Notes: generated from the sequence alone by a model not told the origin. DNA of 64,000 nucleotides from Bacteroidales bacterium (GCA_016285175.1 JAEEQF010000001.1:32099-96098), one strand, 5' to 3'; shown: positions 1 to 10,758, counted from the stretch's first letter. Numbers and translations: made by a program.

Positions 1-523
1 AGATCATGGCCAGGAAGCAAAGGGCGACTCCCACCTTGGGGATGAGGGTAAGGAGGAACATTACCACGCAGATGCAGATAGCCAGGGCCATATAGACGAA
101 GAAGAGACGCCATTTCTCACCGCAGGTGGCATCGTAGCTGAGTCCCAGGGACTTGAGCGGAGAGGTCTTCCGGTCCAGGAAGAAGTAGATGGCGAACTGC
201 CAGGCAAGGCTCACTACCATGGCCGGGAAAAGGAAGAATACGGCGGCGGCGCCAACACCGGCGGTCTCCAGGCCGACCAGCAGGAAGAAGTCTCCCAGGG
301 ACTTGAAGTTGTCCTTGCTAAAGAGGCTGGTAGGGTCGATGGGCTCGCCCTTGCTCAGGGATATGATGACCTTGTAAAAACCGATGGTGGTACCCACGTT
401 CAGGTAGGGAATCCAGAAGGTGATCATAAAGAGGAGGGCCGTCAGCAGCAGGTTAACAATGTTCTTGAGACCCAGTCCGATACCATCTACCAGGGTCTGT
501 TGGATGTTAAGTTTACTTTCCAT
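1..523 (-). CDS. integral membrane protein, N-terminal part only (gene runs off the window start)
   Basis: Absent from the ORF track because it leaves the window. Reverse complement from the ATG at 521-523 reads MESKLNIQQTLVDGIGLGLKNIVNLLLTALLFMITFWIPYLNVGTT... with several hydrophobic spans, GC3-rich codons and no stop down to position 1. Confidence 0.6.
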   Translation of the reverse strand, partial: MESKLNIQQTLVDGIGLGLKNIVNLLLTALLFMITFWIPYLNVGTTIGFYKVIISLSKGEPIDPTSLFSKDNFKSLGDFFLLVGLETAGVGAAAVFFLFPAMVVSLAWQFAIYFFLDRKTSPLKSLGLSYDATCGEKWRLFFVYMALAICICVVMFLLTLIPKVGVALCFLAMI

Positions 524-534
524 ATAAATTATTG

Positions 535-1293
535 TTAAAGGTTGATGATCAGTTCGACGGGACAATGGTCCGACCCGAAAATTTCATTGTGGATCTCCGT
601 AGAGACAATGGCATCCTTCAGGGATTCCGACACCACAAAGTAGTCTATACGCCAGCCTGCATTCCTTGCCCGGGCATTCATCCTGTAGCTCCACCAGGAG
701 TATTTGGCCTCTCCGGGATGCTGGAAGCGCCAGCTGTCCACGAACCCGGCGGCGAGCAGCTCCGAGAACTTCTCCCGTTCCTGGTCCGTGAAGCCGGCGT
801 TCAGGTGGTTGGTGGAAGGATTCTTGAGGTCTATCTCTTCGTGCGCCACATTCAGGTCTCCGCAAAAGACTACCGGTTTCCCCAGGCCGCACAGATAGGC
901 CCGCATGGCATCTTCCCACTGCATCCTGTAGTCCAGGCGCCGGAGCCCGTCCTGGGAGTTGGGCACATAGGCGCACACCAGGAAGAACTTTTCATATTCC
1001 AGGGTTATTACCCGCCCCTCATGGTCATGTTCCTCTATGCCGATACCATAGCGGACGCCCATCGGCGAATGCTTAGTATAGACAGCCGTTCCGGAATAGC
1101 CCTTCTTTTCCGCATAATTCCAATAGGATTGATAGCCAAGGAATTCCAGGTCCAGCTGGCCCTCCTGCATCTTGGTTTCCTGCAGGCAGAAAAAATCGGC
1201 GTCCAGGCCTGCAAAAACGTCTGCAAAGCCTTTTCCCGCCACGGCCCGGAGGCCGTTCACGTTCCAGCTTATGAATTTTAGTCCAGACTCCAT
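535..1293 (-). CDS. xth: exodeoxyribonuclease III (AP endonuclease, EEP family)
   Basis: 252-aa ORF: [29 protein letters not shown] and C-terminal GSDHCPV, all typical of ExoIII. Confidence 0.9.
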   Translation of the reverse strand: MESGLKFISWNVNGLRAVAGKGFADVFAGLDADFFCLQETKMQEGQLDLEFLGYQSYWNYAEKKGYSGTAVYTKHSPMGVRYGIGIEEHDHEGRVITLEYEKFFLVCAYVPNSQDGLRRLDYRMQWEDAMRAYLCGLGKPVVFCGDLNVAHEEIDLKNPSTNHLNAGFTDQEREKFSELLAAGFVDSWRFQHPGEAKYSWWSYRMNARARNAGWRIDYFVVSESLKDAIVSTEIHNEIFGSDHCPVELIINL

Positions 1294-2771
1294 GTGGCGC
1301 CGTCTTTTGTGTCTTTAACAGTTATGCCGAAGGAGGAGAGCAGGTCCCGGATCCTGTCGCTTTCCGCCCAGTTCTTTTCTTCCCGGGCCTTCTTGCGGTT
1401 TTCCAATACCAGCTCCATCACCCCTTCCAGGGCCTTTTCGGCCTTACCGGAACCGCCATCGGCCTCTTCGTCCTTGAGGCCCAGCACCCCTCCCACGATA
1501 TCGTCGAACAGTTGCTTCAGGGCTGCCTTATCGGCCGATGAGAGATTTCCCGCGTTGATGAGTTTCACCGCCTCGAACAGGTGCGCGATGGCAACGGGCG
1601 TGTTCATATCGTCGCAGAGCGCTTCCTCCACCGCCTCGCGGATGGGTGCGACAGGAGAGGAGGCATTCTCCTCCGCTGATAATAAGGCCGATGCTCCGGA
1701 AAATGCCTCCTCACCTGTCGAGAGCATTCGCCAAGCCTGCATCAGGCGCTTATAACCCTTTTCGGCCGCCTGCAGCGCCTCGTTGGAGAAGTCCAGCGTG
1801 CTGCGGTAATGGGCCTGGAGGATGAAGAAACGCACCGTCATGGGGCTATAGGCCTGGTCCAGCTTGGGATGCTTTCCGCTGAAAAGTTCCGGCAGCGTGA
1901 TGAAGTTCCCCAGGGACTTCCCCATCTTCTGGCCGTTGATGGTGATCATGTTGTTATGCACCCAGTAATGCACGCCGCCGGTGCCCCGGGAGGCTACGTT
2001 CTGGGCAATCTCGCATTCATGGTGCGGGAACATGAGGTCCATGCCGCCGCCATGGATGTCGAATTCCTTTCCCAGGTATTTTTCTCCCATCACAGAGCAC
2101 TCCAGATGCCAGCCCGGGAAGCCTTCTCCCCAGGGAGACGGCCAGCGCATGATGTGTTCCGGCTCCGCCTTTTTCCAGATGGCAAAGTCGTACGGCGCCT
2201 TTTTGTCGTTCTGGCCGTCCAGGGCGCGGGTGCCTTCCAGCGTAGCGTCCAGGGTGCGGCCGGAAAGGATGCCGTAATGGTGGTCTTTGTTATATTTCTC
2301 TACATCGAAATACACGGATCCGTTGGATTCATAGGCATAGCCGGCCTCCAGGATCTTCTTCACGGTCTCTATCTGCTCGATGATATGGCCGGAAGCACGC
2401 GGTTCTATGGAAGGAGACTGCACGTTGAGAAGGCGCATGGCCTCATGGTAGCGTTCCGTATAATACTGCACCACCTCCATGGGCTCCAGTTGCTCCAGGC
2501 GGGCCTTCTTGGCAATCTTGTCCTCCCCTTCATCGGCATCGTGCTCCAGATGGCCCACGTCCGTGATGTTGCGGACATAGCGCACCTTATAGCCCAGATA
2601 TTTTAGGAGACGGAACAGGACGTCATAGGTGACCCCGGGCCGGGCATGGCCCAGATGGGCGTCTCCATACACGGTGGGGCCGCACACGTACATGCCGGCA
2701 TGGCCCTCGTGGATGGGCTTGAAAAGCTCCTTGTTGTGGGTGAGAGTATTGGTTAGAAACAGGGGTCTCAT
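1278..2771 (-). CDS. cysS: cysteine--tRNA ligase
   Basis: 497 aa. Class I HIGH-type motif (AHLGHARPG) and KMSKS-type motif (KMGKSLGN). The 3' end overlaps the xth start by 16 nt. Confidence 0.93.
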   Translation of the reverse strand: MRPLFLTNTLTHNKELFKPIHEGHAGMYVCGPTVYGDAHLGHARPGVTYDVLFRLLKYLGYKVRYVRNITDVGHLEHDADEGEDKIAKKARLEQLEPMEVVQYYTERYHEAMRLLNVQSPSIEPRASGHIIEQIETVKKILEAGYAYESNGSVYFDVEKYNKDHHYGILSGRTLDATLEGTRALDGQNDKKAPYDFAIWKKAEPEHIMRWPSPWGEGFPGWHLECSVMGEKYLGKEFDIHGGGMDLMFPHHECEIAQNVASRGTGGVHYWVHNNMITINGQKMGKSLGNFITLPELFSGKHPKLDQAYSPMTVRFFILQAHYRSTLDFSNEALQAAEKGYKRLMQAWRMLSTGEEAFSGASALLSAEENASSPVAPIREAVEEALCDDMNTPVAIAHLFEAVKLINAGNLSSADKAALKQLFDDIVGGVLGLKDEEADGGSGKAEKALEGVMELVLENRKKAREEKNWAESDRIRDLLSSFGITVKDTKDGATWSLD

Positions 2772-2820
2772 AATTGATATCTTGCAATTTAACGCAAGTT
2801 AACAATTATTTGACTATTTT

Positions 2821-2854
2821 CAAAAGAAACGGCCCGGCTGTAAACCGGACCGTT
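2821..2854 (-). terminator. putative rho-independent terminator after the 402-aa lipoprotein gene
   Basis: AACGGCCCGG/CCGGACCGTT stem (9 of 10 pairs), 7-nt loop, followed on the minus strand by TTTCTTTTG. It lies just after the stop at 2862. Confidence 0.5.
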
Positions 2855-2861
2855 AAATTTT

Positions 2862-4070
2862 TTATTCTGCCTTGTAAGTTCTGGTCTGCCTGGGAACGTG
2901 GGTCTTAAGCTGTACGCGTCGCATGGCAGCCTTGGAAGCGATGCGCCTGGCCGGCTTCATGGCCGCAGTGCCGGCACCCGGCAGTTTCTCCATCACCAGC
3001 GGCAGGGAAGGCACACCGCTGTTGTTGTAGTGGGCCCAGTTATTCTCGTCGTAGCAGTAGCGGGAATAGCGCATGCTGTGATAGGTGGCCACGAATCCAT
3101 TGTCAAAGGTGAAGGACTCCGGAACGATGCGGATTCCGCCGTCATCGGCCACAGCGGTATGGGCGATGTCGTAATTGTTGTCCGCCCCCTCTTCGTCCAC
3201 GATACCGTTGGTGTCCGAATTGCTGGTGAGATAGGTTCCCACGAACATCTGGTCCACATAGGTACCCAGGGCTTCGTCATCGTAACTCATGAGGTACTGG
3301 CCGTAGAAGTACAGGTTGCCGTCGGTATTGCGGTAGCGGGCAAAGATCCAGTCACGCTCCATATTCATCTGCTCCTGCACGGCGCTGCCGGTCTCCCAGC
3401 CGTCCACATAGTACAGATAGTTGTTCTCGCAGGCCGATATGGTGATGTCGTATCCCACATAGCCGTCTCCGACGTGCCATCTCCCAATCCACTTAAGGTA
3501 GCTTTCCACAGCCTGCTCCTCTTCCACGGTATGGCGGAGCTTGGCATAATTGCCCGTCATCTCGCCATCCTTGGAGACCTCAATCATATAAGTGGTGTAG
3601 TCGCCGTGGATTAGCATGTCAAAATACACGGTTGTAGTGGATCTGCTGAACAACAGGCTGGACAACTCCGTTTTGTTGTTCCTGGCCATGGTAACGACAT
3701 CGTCCACCTCTCCCTTCATGAATTCCTTTATGTCGTTATTGTACCAATTCTTGAAATCCTGGTCCGTGATGCTGCGGACAAGGAAATAGGCATTTCCGGG
3801 ATAATTGAACTGGAATTCCTCTACGCGGGAAACGGTTCCGTCCGTCTCCTGATAATCGGCCCGGCCTACATACTTAAGGCCCCAGTTGGTGCACTCCTTG
3901 ATAGTGACCTCTCCGCCTCCCTGCTCACTGCCGCCCTGGCCTCCGCCCGGACGGGAAGGGTTCTCCTGATTGTTTCCACCTCCAGGATAAAACGGGATAT
4001 ACTTAGTGCATCCGGCGGCTGCCATGACCACTATCGCGGCCATTGACAGAAAAAATACTATTCTTTTCAT
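2862..4070 (-). CDS. hypothetical lipoprotein
   Basis: 402 aa. Signal peptide with lipobox (VVMAAAGC), a Gly-rich linker (PGGGNNQENPSRPGGGQGGSEQGGGE) and a basic C-terminal tail. No family recognised. Confidence 0.6.
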   Translation of the reverse strand: MKRIVFFLSMAAIVVMAAAGCTKYIPFYPGGGNNQENPSRPGGGQGGSEQGGGEVTIKECTNWGLKYVGRADYQETDGTVSRVEEFQFNYPGNAYFLVRSITDQDFKNWYNNDIKEFMKGEVDDVVTMARNNKTELSSLLFSRSTTTVYFDMLIHGDYTTYMIEVSKDGEMTGNYAKLRHTVEEEQAVESYLKWIGRWHVGDGYVGYDITISACENNYLYYVDGWETGSAVQEQMNMERDWIFARYRNTDGNLYFYGQYLMSYDDEALGTYVDQMFVGTYLTSNSDTNGIVDEEGADNNYDIAHTAVADDGGIRIVPESFTFDNGFVATYHSMRYSRYCYDENNWAHYNNSGVPSLPLVMEKLPGAGTAAMKPARRIASKAAMRRVQLKTHVPRQTRTYKAE

Positions 4071-4129
4071 GGCTGTAGGGTGTTTTTACACCACTTTAGC
4101 AAAAAGCCGGCCAAAACGGAGAGAGGACC

Positions 4130-5257
4130 TTATTCTTCGTCCAGTTTCTCCTTTACATCGGCACGCATCTTCTTGAAGAAGTCGGCGCCGAAGCCATACC
4201 AGGCCAGGGAAAGGAACAGGCCCATAAAGCCCCAGATAAGTACCCGCTTGGCACGGCTGTTCATGGCCTGCTGAGGCAGGGTGGCCGGCTGTACCACGGC
4301 ATAGACCGGCTTCTCTTCCTGGATCTTGGCCCGGGCCAACTCCCGCTGCTGGGCCATCTGGGAGTAGATGTCGCTAGCCAGATTGGCATCTGCGCGGAGA
4401 CGTTCCTTCACGGACTGGGCGCTCTGGAGGATGACGCTGCGGTCGTAGTCTACGGAACGGGCATAGGCATCCTGGGCCTTGATCTGGATTTCACGTGCCT
4501 CCTGGGCCAGCATCACATAATACTCATAGTCTGCCTGGGCCTTCTTGGTGCGGTATTCCGACACATACACCTGCAGACGGGTGCACACCGTATCGGCCAG
4601 TTGCTTGGCCATCATCCTGTCATCCATTACCACGGAGATGGTGGTAACGCCCGTCTTCTTGTCCACATCGGCCGATATGCACTTGCCCAGGGCCTTTACC
4701 ACATTGGCCTGCTTCCGAGGAAGCTCCGTGGCATCGGCCACGCCGGTGTAGGGCTTTTCTTCCTTCTCCTTCTTGAGGGAATCCAGCCATTTGGCCAGGC
4801 CCTTCTTCTCCTTGTCTTCACCGGTGAAATGCTTATACACGGTGGTATGCATGGGCTGCACGCCTTCCTCCTGCTGTTTTTCCGACACATAGGAAGTGAG
4901 AGGCACATCCAGGAGTGCGGCCAGGAACGGCGTGCTGCTGCAAATCTCCGGGAACAGGGTGATGTTCATGGCGTCCGTGCTGGGACTGAGCGTGGCATTG
5001 CCAAGGCCCAGCATGCTGGTGATGCTGCTGAGGTTGCTGTTGGAACGGTTCACCAGTTCCGGAGCCAGCGTCATGGAAACATTGTACTTGCGTGTCATGG
5101 TGAGGGCCGACACGATGCCCAGCACACCGAAAATGAAGGAAATGAGGAATATCTGCTTCCAATGCTTCAGGAGCTTGGTGAAGATACCCATCCAGTCAAT
5201 CTCAAGCTCGTCGGAAGCTTCCTGGATTCCGGGATTGTTGTTCTGATAGTCTTCCAT
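4130..5257 (-). CDS. polysaccharide chain-length determinant (Wzz-type) protein, no kinase domain
   Basis: 375 aa. N-terminal and C-terminal TM segments flank a long charged helical region. N-terminus (EIDWMGIFTKLLKHWKQIFLISFIFGVLG) is typical of Wzz/GumC-like proteins. It sits directly downstream of the Wza-like gene. Confidence 0.6.
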   Translation of the reverse strand: MEDYQNNNPGIQEASDELEIDWMGIFTKLLKHWKQIFLISFIFGVLGIVSALTMTRKYNVSMTLAPELVNRSNSNLSSITSMLGLGNATLSPSTDAMNITLFPEICSSTPFLAALLDVPLTSYVSEKQQEEGVQPMHTTVYKHFTGEDKEKKGLAKWLDSLKKEKEEKPYTGVADATELPRKQANVVKALGKCISADVDKKTGVTTISVVMDDRMMAKQLADTVCTRLQVYVSEYRTKKAQADYEYYVMLAQEAREIQIKAQDAYARSVDYDRSVILQSAQSVKERLRADANLASDIYSQMAQQRELARAKIQEEKPVYAVVQPATLPQQAMNSRAKRVLIWGFMGLFLSLAWYGFGADFFKKMRADVKEKLDEE

Positions 5258-5266
5258 AGAGCTCTC

Positions 5267-7657
5267 CTACTTTTTGGTAATATTGATGATATAGAAGATG
5301 GACATGCCCATGGTAGCCATCGATGAAGCTGCAGCGGCTATGGCACTGATGGCCGCATAGTTGAATTCCTTCTTGTCCTCAATCTTATACGGAACGAAGA
5401 TTTCCGCGCCCGGATCTATCCTGGTTCCGCCACGGAGTTTCTTGGCCCGGCCGTTCATATTCACCACATAGGCCTTGGAACGGAGTGCCTTTTCGTCGTA
5501 TCCGCCAGCGGCCTTGATGTAATCGCGTCCCCTCATGGAACCGTCGAAATTGACGGCCGTAGGATACTTCACGGCGCCATGGATACGGACTACGTTGCTA
5601 AGGACGGGGATTTCCAGCCGGTCTCCTTCGCGGAGTACCACATCTTCGTCTCCGCCCGGATTGGCCAGGGCCTTTTCCAGATCCACGGCCACGGTGAAGG
5701 TGGACTGGGTGGCCTGGCGGGCCTGTACATTAATGGTATCGGTCTTTTGCTCGATGATTTCCACCATCTCGTTGGCCTGGCGAAGTTCCTCTCCGGTTGC
5801 CCTGCGCACCAGGCGGACGCCATCGACATAGGCGAATTTGGTGAGTCCGCCGGCCTTCTTTACCAGGTCGGAGATTCGCTCTTCCCGGCTGGTGAAGGAA
5901 TAAGTGCCCGGGAAGTTGACTTCTCCGGAAATGGTGAAGTGGCGCTGGACGTTGTAAGAGGGGCTGCGGTGCACCACAACCTCGTCATAGGGTTCCAGGA
6001 CGAAGGAACGGTCTCCGTCGTCCATGAGGCCATCCTTGAGGGAGAAGGAATAAAGTTCGCCGATATCGCTGGTGGCCACCATGCCGTTAGCGTCCTTCTT
6101 GCGGCGGGTTACATCAATACGGGCATGGGAAGCGCCGTCCTGCAGGCCACCGGCCAGGATGATGATATCCTCAATGGTGGTATTCTCTGCAAACGGGAAG
6201 GAACCGGGATTCTTGACCATACCGGAGATGGACATGTTGCCCTGGTCCTTGAGGTCGAAACTGCTGGCGATGAACAGTTCGTCGTTGTTCTGAAGGACGA
6301 AGTCCGGAGCCTTGCCTTCCAGGATGTCCGTAAGGTTGATGGAGAAAATTTCCTTGGTCTTGTCCGGATGCTCGCGGTTCACCACCACGCGGCCGCCGAA
6401 AGCCTCCGGCAGCAGACCGCCGGCCTTTTCCACCAGAGCCTTGGCCGTGCGGATCTCACCCAGCTCGTAAGTTCCGGGGAAGTAGACGGCACCATGGATG
6501 ATGATCCGGTTCTGGAACAGGGACTGGAGCTCACCCACTTCCACACGGTCTCCGCTCACCAGGCGGAAGTTGGCATAATCGGCCTCTTCCACCGTGCGGA
6601 CCTCGAAGCTCTTGTTATCCTGGCGGATCACCGTCACAAAGGCTTTGTTGGCCCCGTTGGAGAAACCACCGGCATATTCGAAGAGGTTGGCCAGGGTCTC
6701 GCCCTCCTTCATTTCAAAGAACATAGGGCGCTTGACGCCGCCTTCCACATTCACCAGGCTGGTATAGGGGGTTACCAGGATTACATCTCCCTCTTCCAGG
6801 CGGATGTCGCTGGAGAGGTCTCCCTTCATGAGGAATTCATAGACATCCACGATGCCCACGACTTTACCGCCGCGGACCACCTTGATATTACGCAAGGTAC
6901 CGGGATCCACCACACCGCCGGCACGGTAGAGGGCATGGAAGGCCGTGGCAAAAGCCGAAAGCACATAGGTGCCGGGGCTGGTAACGTCACCCACGATATT
7001 CACCTGGATGGTACGGATCTGACCCAGGCTCAGGCGCATGTCCGTTCCCGAGCCGGAAAGGCCGCCGTAAATCTTGGCAAGGCGTTTTTTCAGATACGTA
7101 TTGGCCTCTTCCACCGTCATGCCGTTAAGGTATACGGGGCCCAGAATATCGGCATTGATGCTTCCTTCCGGAGAGATGGTGCTGCGCAGGGTGGTCTGGT
7201 TCTGACCAAAGATGTCGATGATGACCTCGTCTCCGGGGCCCAGGCGGTAATTCCGGGGCGTGGCCAGATTCTCACTGGGAGAGAAGTTGAGTCCCCTGTC
7301 CCGGAAAATGTTGCGGCCATAGACGTTGGCGTTGGAAGAGACGAAGGAGGAGACCTGGGTCTCGTCCGTCACTTCCCCGCTCACGGAATGGACACGGCTG
7401 ATGTCCTGCGAGGCGGCTACCGCCTGATTGGTATTCTGGCGGCTCAGATACAGGGCATACACCCTTTCGGCCTGGGCACGGTTCACGCCGCGGAGGGCCA
7501 GTTCGGATATCAGTTCATCGCGGGTTTTTCCTTCCGCGGCGCCCTGCTGGGCATATTCCAGTACTTGTTCATCGCTCATGGAGCTCTGGGCCCAGACGCT
7601 GCCGCAGAGGATAAAGAGGCCGGCGGTTACGGCCATCCATCTCTTGGAAAGTATCAT
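5267..7657 (-). CDS. polysaccharide export outer-membrane protein (Wza/BexD family, multiple SLBB repeats)
   Basis: 796 aa with a signal peptide. Contains YRLGPGDEVIIDIFG (Poly_export-type motif) followed by repeated SLBB-like units (GxVxxPGxY...). Confidence 0.8.
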   Translation of the reverse strand: MILSKRWMAVTAGLFILCGSVWAQSSMSDEQVLEYAQQGAAEGKTRDELISELALRGVNRAQAERVYALYLSRQNTNQAVAASQDISRVHSVSGEVTDETQVSSFVSSNANVYGRNIFRDRGLNFSPSENLATPRNYRLGPGDEVIIDIFGQNQTTLRSTISPEGSINADILGPVYLNGMTVEEANTYLKKRLAKIYGGLSGSGTDMRLSLGQIRTIQVNIVGDVTSPGTYVLSAFATAFHALYRAGGVVDPGTLRNIKVVRGGKVVGIVDVYEFLMKGDLSSDIRLEEGDVILVTPYTSLVNVEGGVKRPMFFEMKEGETLANLFEYAGGFSNGANKAFVTVIRQDNKSFEVRTVEEADYANFRLVSGDRVEVGELQSLFQNRIIIHGAVYFPGTYELGEIRTAKALVEKAGGLLPEAFGGRVVVNREHPDKTKEIFSINLTDILEGKAPDFVLQNNDELFIASSFDLKDQGNMSISGMVKNPGSFPFAENTTIEDIIILAGGLQDGASHARIDVTRRKKDANGMVATSDIGELYSFSLKDGLMDDGDRSFVLEPYDEVVVHRSPSYNVQRHFTISGEVNFPGTYSFTSREERISDLVKKAGGLTKFAYVDGVRLVRRATGEELRQANEMVEIIEQKTDTINVQARQATQSTFTVAVDLEKALANPGGDEDVVLREGDRLEIPVLSNVVRIHGAVKYPTAVNFDGSMRGRDYIKAAGGYDEKALRSKAYVVNMNGRAKKLRGGTRIDPGAEIFVPYKIEDKKEFNYAAISAIAAAASSMATMGMSIFYIINITKK

Positions 7658-7686
7658 AGTAAATAAATATTATTCCTTAAAACGTA

Positions 7687-7694
7687 CAAATATA
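7687..7694 (-). promoter_or_regulatory. Bacteroidota -7 promoter box (TAtaTTTG) upstream of the Wza-like gene
   Basis: Minus strand reads GTTATATTTGTACG about 30 nt upstream of the ATG at 7657. Matches the TAnnTTTG consensus described for Bacteroides sigma-A promoters. Confidence 0.5.
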
Positions 7695-7755
7695 ACACTT
7701 TTTACCGAAATAATATCTAAACCACCCAATTTAGAGCCCGAAGGGCGACAGAAAG

Positions 7756-7776
7756 TCCCTCTCCCGAGGAGAGGGA
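7756..7776 (-). terminator. putative terminator hairpin downstream of the dcu gene
   Basis: TCCCTCTCC-CGA-GGAGAGGGA 9-bp stem about 45 nt after the stop at 7822. The U tract on the minus strand is weak (CTTTCTG). Confidence 0.35.
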
Positions 7777-7821
7777 TTTAGGGAGAGGGTAACGTGAAAA
7801 AAGTAATGTGCGCGGGGGAAT

Positions 7822-9195
7822 CTACTGGATGAAGCTGGCAAAATAGCCGGCAAAGAACACGTTGGTAATGAGGTAACCCACCACCGTGGCCACTATCACG
7901 CTTATGAGGCCCGGCATCATAAAGCTGTGGTTGAGCAGGTATTTGCCAATTACCGTAGTTCCGGAACGGTCGAAGTTCACCGTGGCGATATCGGAAGGAT
8001 AATTGGGGATGAAGAAGTAGCCGTACACACTGGGAAGGACGCCCAGCAGCACCGGGCCGGCAATGCCCAGCTCATAGGCCAGCGGCAGCATGGCCACCAC
8101 CACGGCGCCCTGGCTGTTGATGAGCACTGAAACCAGGAAGAACACCACGGCGATGCTCCAGGGGTAGTTGGTAACCAGGTCGGCCAGCATCATCTTCATC
8201 TGGTCCATATAGTTGCCAAAGTAAGTATCGGCCAGCCAGGCGATTCCGTAGATGGCCACCACGGCCACCATACCGCTCTGCCACACGGCGCCGCCCACGG
8301 CCTTCTTGGGGGAAGCCTTGCAGAACATGATGTTGGCGGCTGCGGCCATGAGCATGATGATCTGGATGCAGATGTTCATCTTGGGCAGGTTGATCTTTGC
8401 CGCCAGCGTCTGGTCTCCCACATGGATCATCTGGCAGAAGGCGAAGCCCACGATGATGAGCAGGGAGCCCAGGAAGATGAATACGGATGCCTTGGCCTCC
8501 CGAGTGATATGCTTGTCCAGGGTGGTGGCGGTGTTGCCGTACATGTATGCATACTGTTCCGGATCTGACTTCCTTCTGATGAATTCCGGGTCCTTGTCCA
8601 GGTCTTTGCCCCTCCTGTAGGAGGCCAGGGCGGCACACATAAGGCCCATCAGGCAGGCCGGGATCGTGACCATAAGTACCTGCGGGATGCTGACCATGTA
8701 ACCGTTTGTGTTGGAGATGGTTACGAAGGCCACCACGGCCGCCGCGATGGGCGAGCAGGTAATACCTACCTGGGAGGCAACGGAAGAAACACCGCAGGGA
8801 CGTTCCGGGCGGATCCCCTTCTTGAGGGCTATGTCGCAGATAATGGGCATGATGGTGTATACCACATGACCGGTACCCACCAGCACGGTGAGGAAGAAGG
8901 TGACAAGCGGCCCCAGGAAGGTAATATGCTCCGGATGGCGGCGGAGCATCTTCTCCGCTATCTGGATCATCCAGTCCATACCGCCCGAAGCCTGCAAGGT
9001 ACCGGCGCAGGTGACGGCGGCGATGATGATATAGATGACGTCCGTGGGCGGCGTGCCGGGCTTGAGGCCGAAGCCGAACACCAGGATGGCCAGGCCGATG
9101 CCGGAGATGGCACCCAGGGCCAGCGACCCGTAACGGGATCCCACATAAAGCGCTGCCAGTACGATGAGCAGCTCGATGATCATGGTGAAGGTCAT
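7822..9195 (-). CDS. anaerobic C4-dicarboxylate transporter, DcuA/DcuB family
   Basis: 457-aa polytopic membrane protein. N-terminus IELLIVLAALYVGSRYGSLALGAISGIGLAILVFGFGLKPG... and overall length fit DcuA/DcuB. Confidence 0.85.
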   Translation of the reverse strand: MTFTMIIELLIVLAALYVGSRYGSLALGAISGIGLAILVFGFGLKPGTPPTDVIYIIIAAVTCAGTLQASGGMDWMIQIAEKMLRRHPEHITFLGPLVTFFLTVLVGTGHVVYTIMPIICDIALKKGIRPERPCGVSSVASQVGITCSPIAAAVVAFVTISNTNGYMVSIPQVLMVTIPACLMGLMCAALASYRRGKDLDKDPEFIRRKSDPEQYAYMYGNTATTLDKHITREAKASVFIFLGSLLIIVGFAFCQMIHVGDQTLAAKINLPKMNICIQIIMLMAAAANIMFCKASPKKAVGGAVWQSGMVAVVAIYGIAWLADTYFGNYMDQMKMMLADLVTNYPWSIAVVFFLVSVLINSQGAVVVAMLPLAYELGIAGPVLLGVLPSVYGYFFIPNYPSDIATVNFDRSGTTVIGKYLLNHSFMMPGLISVIVATVVGYLITNVFFAGYFASFIQ

Positions 9196-9200
9196 AGTTT

Positions 9201-9662
9201 CTAGAATTTATACATATTTAGACCGGTTTCTTCATCTTGACGGCGACCGACGGCAGTAAGGTAATAGTCTTCTACGAAAAGTTCGCAGGCACCGTTGATG
9301 CGGGCGTCCAGCAGATGGCCCCCGATGCAGGTATAATCTTCCCGGCTGGCGGTGATATGGAGATGAAGATAAGGTTTCTTGTCCTTGCAGGAAATGTTGC
9401 CCGTGAGATTGGTGATTTCCATCTGTTCCTCAAAGGTCTTGTCTACATATTGCAGGGTGGCGGGATTGAGGAAACGGAATGTGGCGCTGTTCACCGCACC
9501 CAGTCCGCTTACCTTTCCGGCATAGATTTCCTTTTCCTTGCAGAAGGCCGTAAGCGCCTCCACGATGCTCACATGGTTATCCAGGCTGAGAATATAGCGT
9601 TTGACTCCCTTTATGTCCATTCCGAGTGCCGTGGACTCCTTCACTTGGGTATATTGATACAT
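9201..9662 (-). CDS. PPC/DUF296 domain DNA-binding protein
   Basis: 153 aa. SGLGAVNSATFRF...LHLHITAS...GGHL pattern is typical of the PPC (DUF296) fold. Confidence 0.65.
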   Translation of the reverse strand: MYQYTQVKESTALGMDIKGVKRYILSLDNHVSIVEALTAFCKEKEIYAGKVSGLGAVNSATFRFLNPATLQYVDKTFEEQMEITNLTGNISCKDKKPYLHLHITASREDYTCIGGHLLDARINGACELFVEDYYLTAVGRRQDEETGLNMYKF

Positions 9663-9715
9663 GGTATTATTGGATTAGTGTCCGTAAATATAGTGATTTT
9701 TTGGCATAGAAAATG

Positions 9716-9723
9716 TATCTTTG
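9716..9723 (+). promoter_or_regulatory. -7 promoter box (TAtcTTTG)
   Basis: TGTATCTTTGCC 22 nt upstream of the ATG at 9745. Confidence 0.5.
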
Positions 9724-9744
9724 CCGATGGAAAATTAGAATTGG

Positions 9745-10731
9745 ATGAAAAAGCTTTTAGTTTTGGCCGCCGCAGCGCTGGCCTCCATCTCCTTGCAAGC
9801 CCAGGAAATCCGCACCAATTACCGGAGCGAAGGCATGACCCATATCTCTACGGACTATGAACTGCTGGAAGCCGGAAACGTCCCGGTATGGACCCGGGTG
9901 GAGCTGGTGGGGTTCCCGGACGGTTCCACCATGTATGTGCTGTACATGAACATGGAGCAGAAGAACGCTACCGTAGTGCCCAAGGGCGTAAAGATGGCTG
10001 TCACCCTCCCTGGCGGCAAGATTGTGCGGCTGGAGCAGATCGGCCAGGATTCGGCCACCAAACGCCGGCTGGACAACGGCCTGTTCTGGAACCGGCTAAA
10101 ATATGCCGTGGAACCGGAAGACATGGAAAAAATGGTCCGTGGCATCAAGTCCGTGGACATTGTAACCGGATGGGATCCGGACGATTACATCCAGGCCAAC
10201 TTTGCCGATGACGCCATGGGGAAACTCCTCAAGAATCACTGCGAGGCCATCCTGAAGGCGGCGGACAGCACCGTTGACCTTCAGGCCACCCTGGCGGGCC
10301 ATACGGACAACCTGAACAGCATCATGAACACCTCCAACCCGGTAGTGGGCAAGGGAGACCGCTTCCCGTACAACATCATCCTGTCGCACCTGTATTATAA
10401 GAATACCAACACGGAAGACATAGACCTGGCCTTCATGCTGGGTACGGAGGATTCCTACCATTTCGAGTACGACGCCCCCGTGCGTTTCACCCTCAAGGAC
10501 GGCTCCGTGATCGAACTCAAGCAAACCCGGGACGAAGTGAATTTTGTCTATGTGTTCCCCACCCTGGAGGAACTCCGGCGCCTGGCCGGGGGCATCGAGT
10601 CCCTGTCCATCGTCCATGAGAACGGCGTGGTGGTGGACACCTTCACCGGCGCCATCGGAGAAGGCGAATTCAGCTTTGCCGATGCGGTGAACCAGCAGCT
10701 CCAGCTCCTGCTGTCCCTGTCGGAACGCTAA
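9745..10731 (+). CDS. hypothetical secreted protein
   Basis: 328 aa with a cleavable signal peptide (MKKLLVLAAAALASISLQAQE). No family recognised. Confidence 0.6.
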   Translation: MKKLLVLAAAALASISLQAQEIRTNYRSEGMTHISTDYELLEAGNVPVWTRVELVGFPDGSTMYVLYMNMEQKNATVVPKGVKMAVTLPGGKIVRLEQIGQDSATKRRLDNGLFWNRLKYAVEPEDMEKMVRGIKSVDIVTGWDPDDYIQANFADDAMGKLLKNHCEAILKAADSTVDLQATLAGHTDNLNSIMNTSNPVVGKGDRFPYNIILSHLYYKNTNTEDIDLAFMLGTEDSYHFEYDAPVRFTLKDGSVIELKQTRDEVNFVYVFPTLEELRRLAGGIESLSIVHENGVVVDTFTGAIGEGEFSFADAVNQQLQLLLSLSER

Positions 10732-10758
10732 GCCTGTTGCCGTTTACGTATTTTTCAC

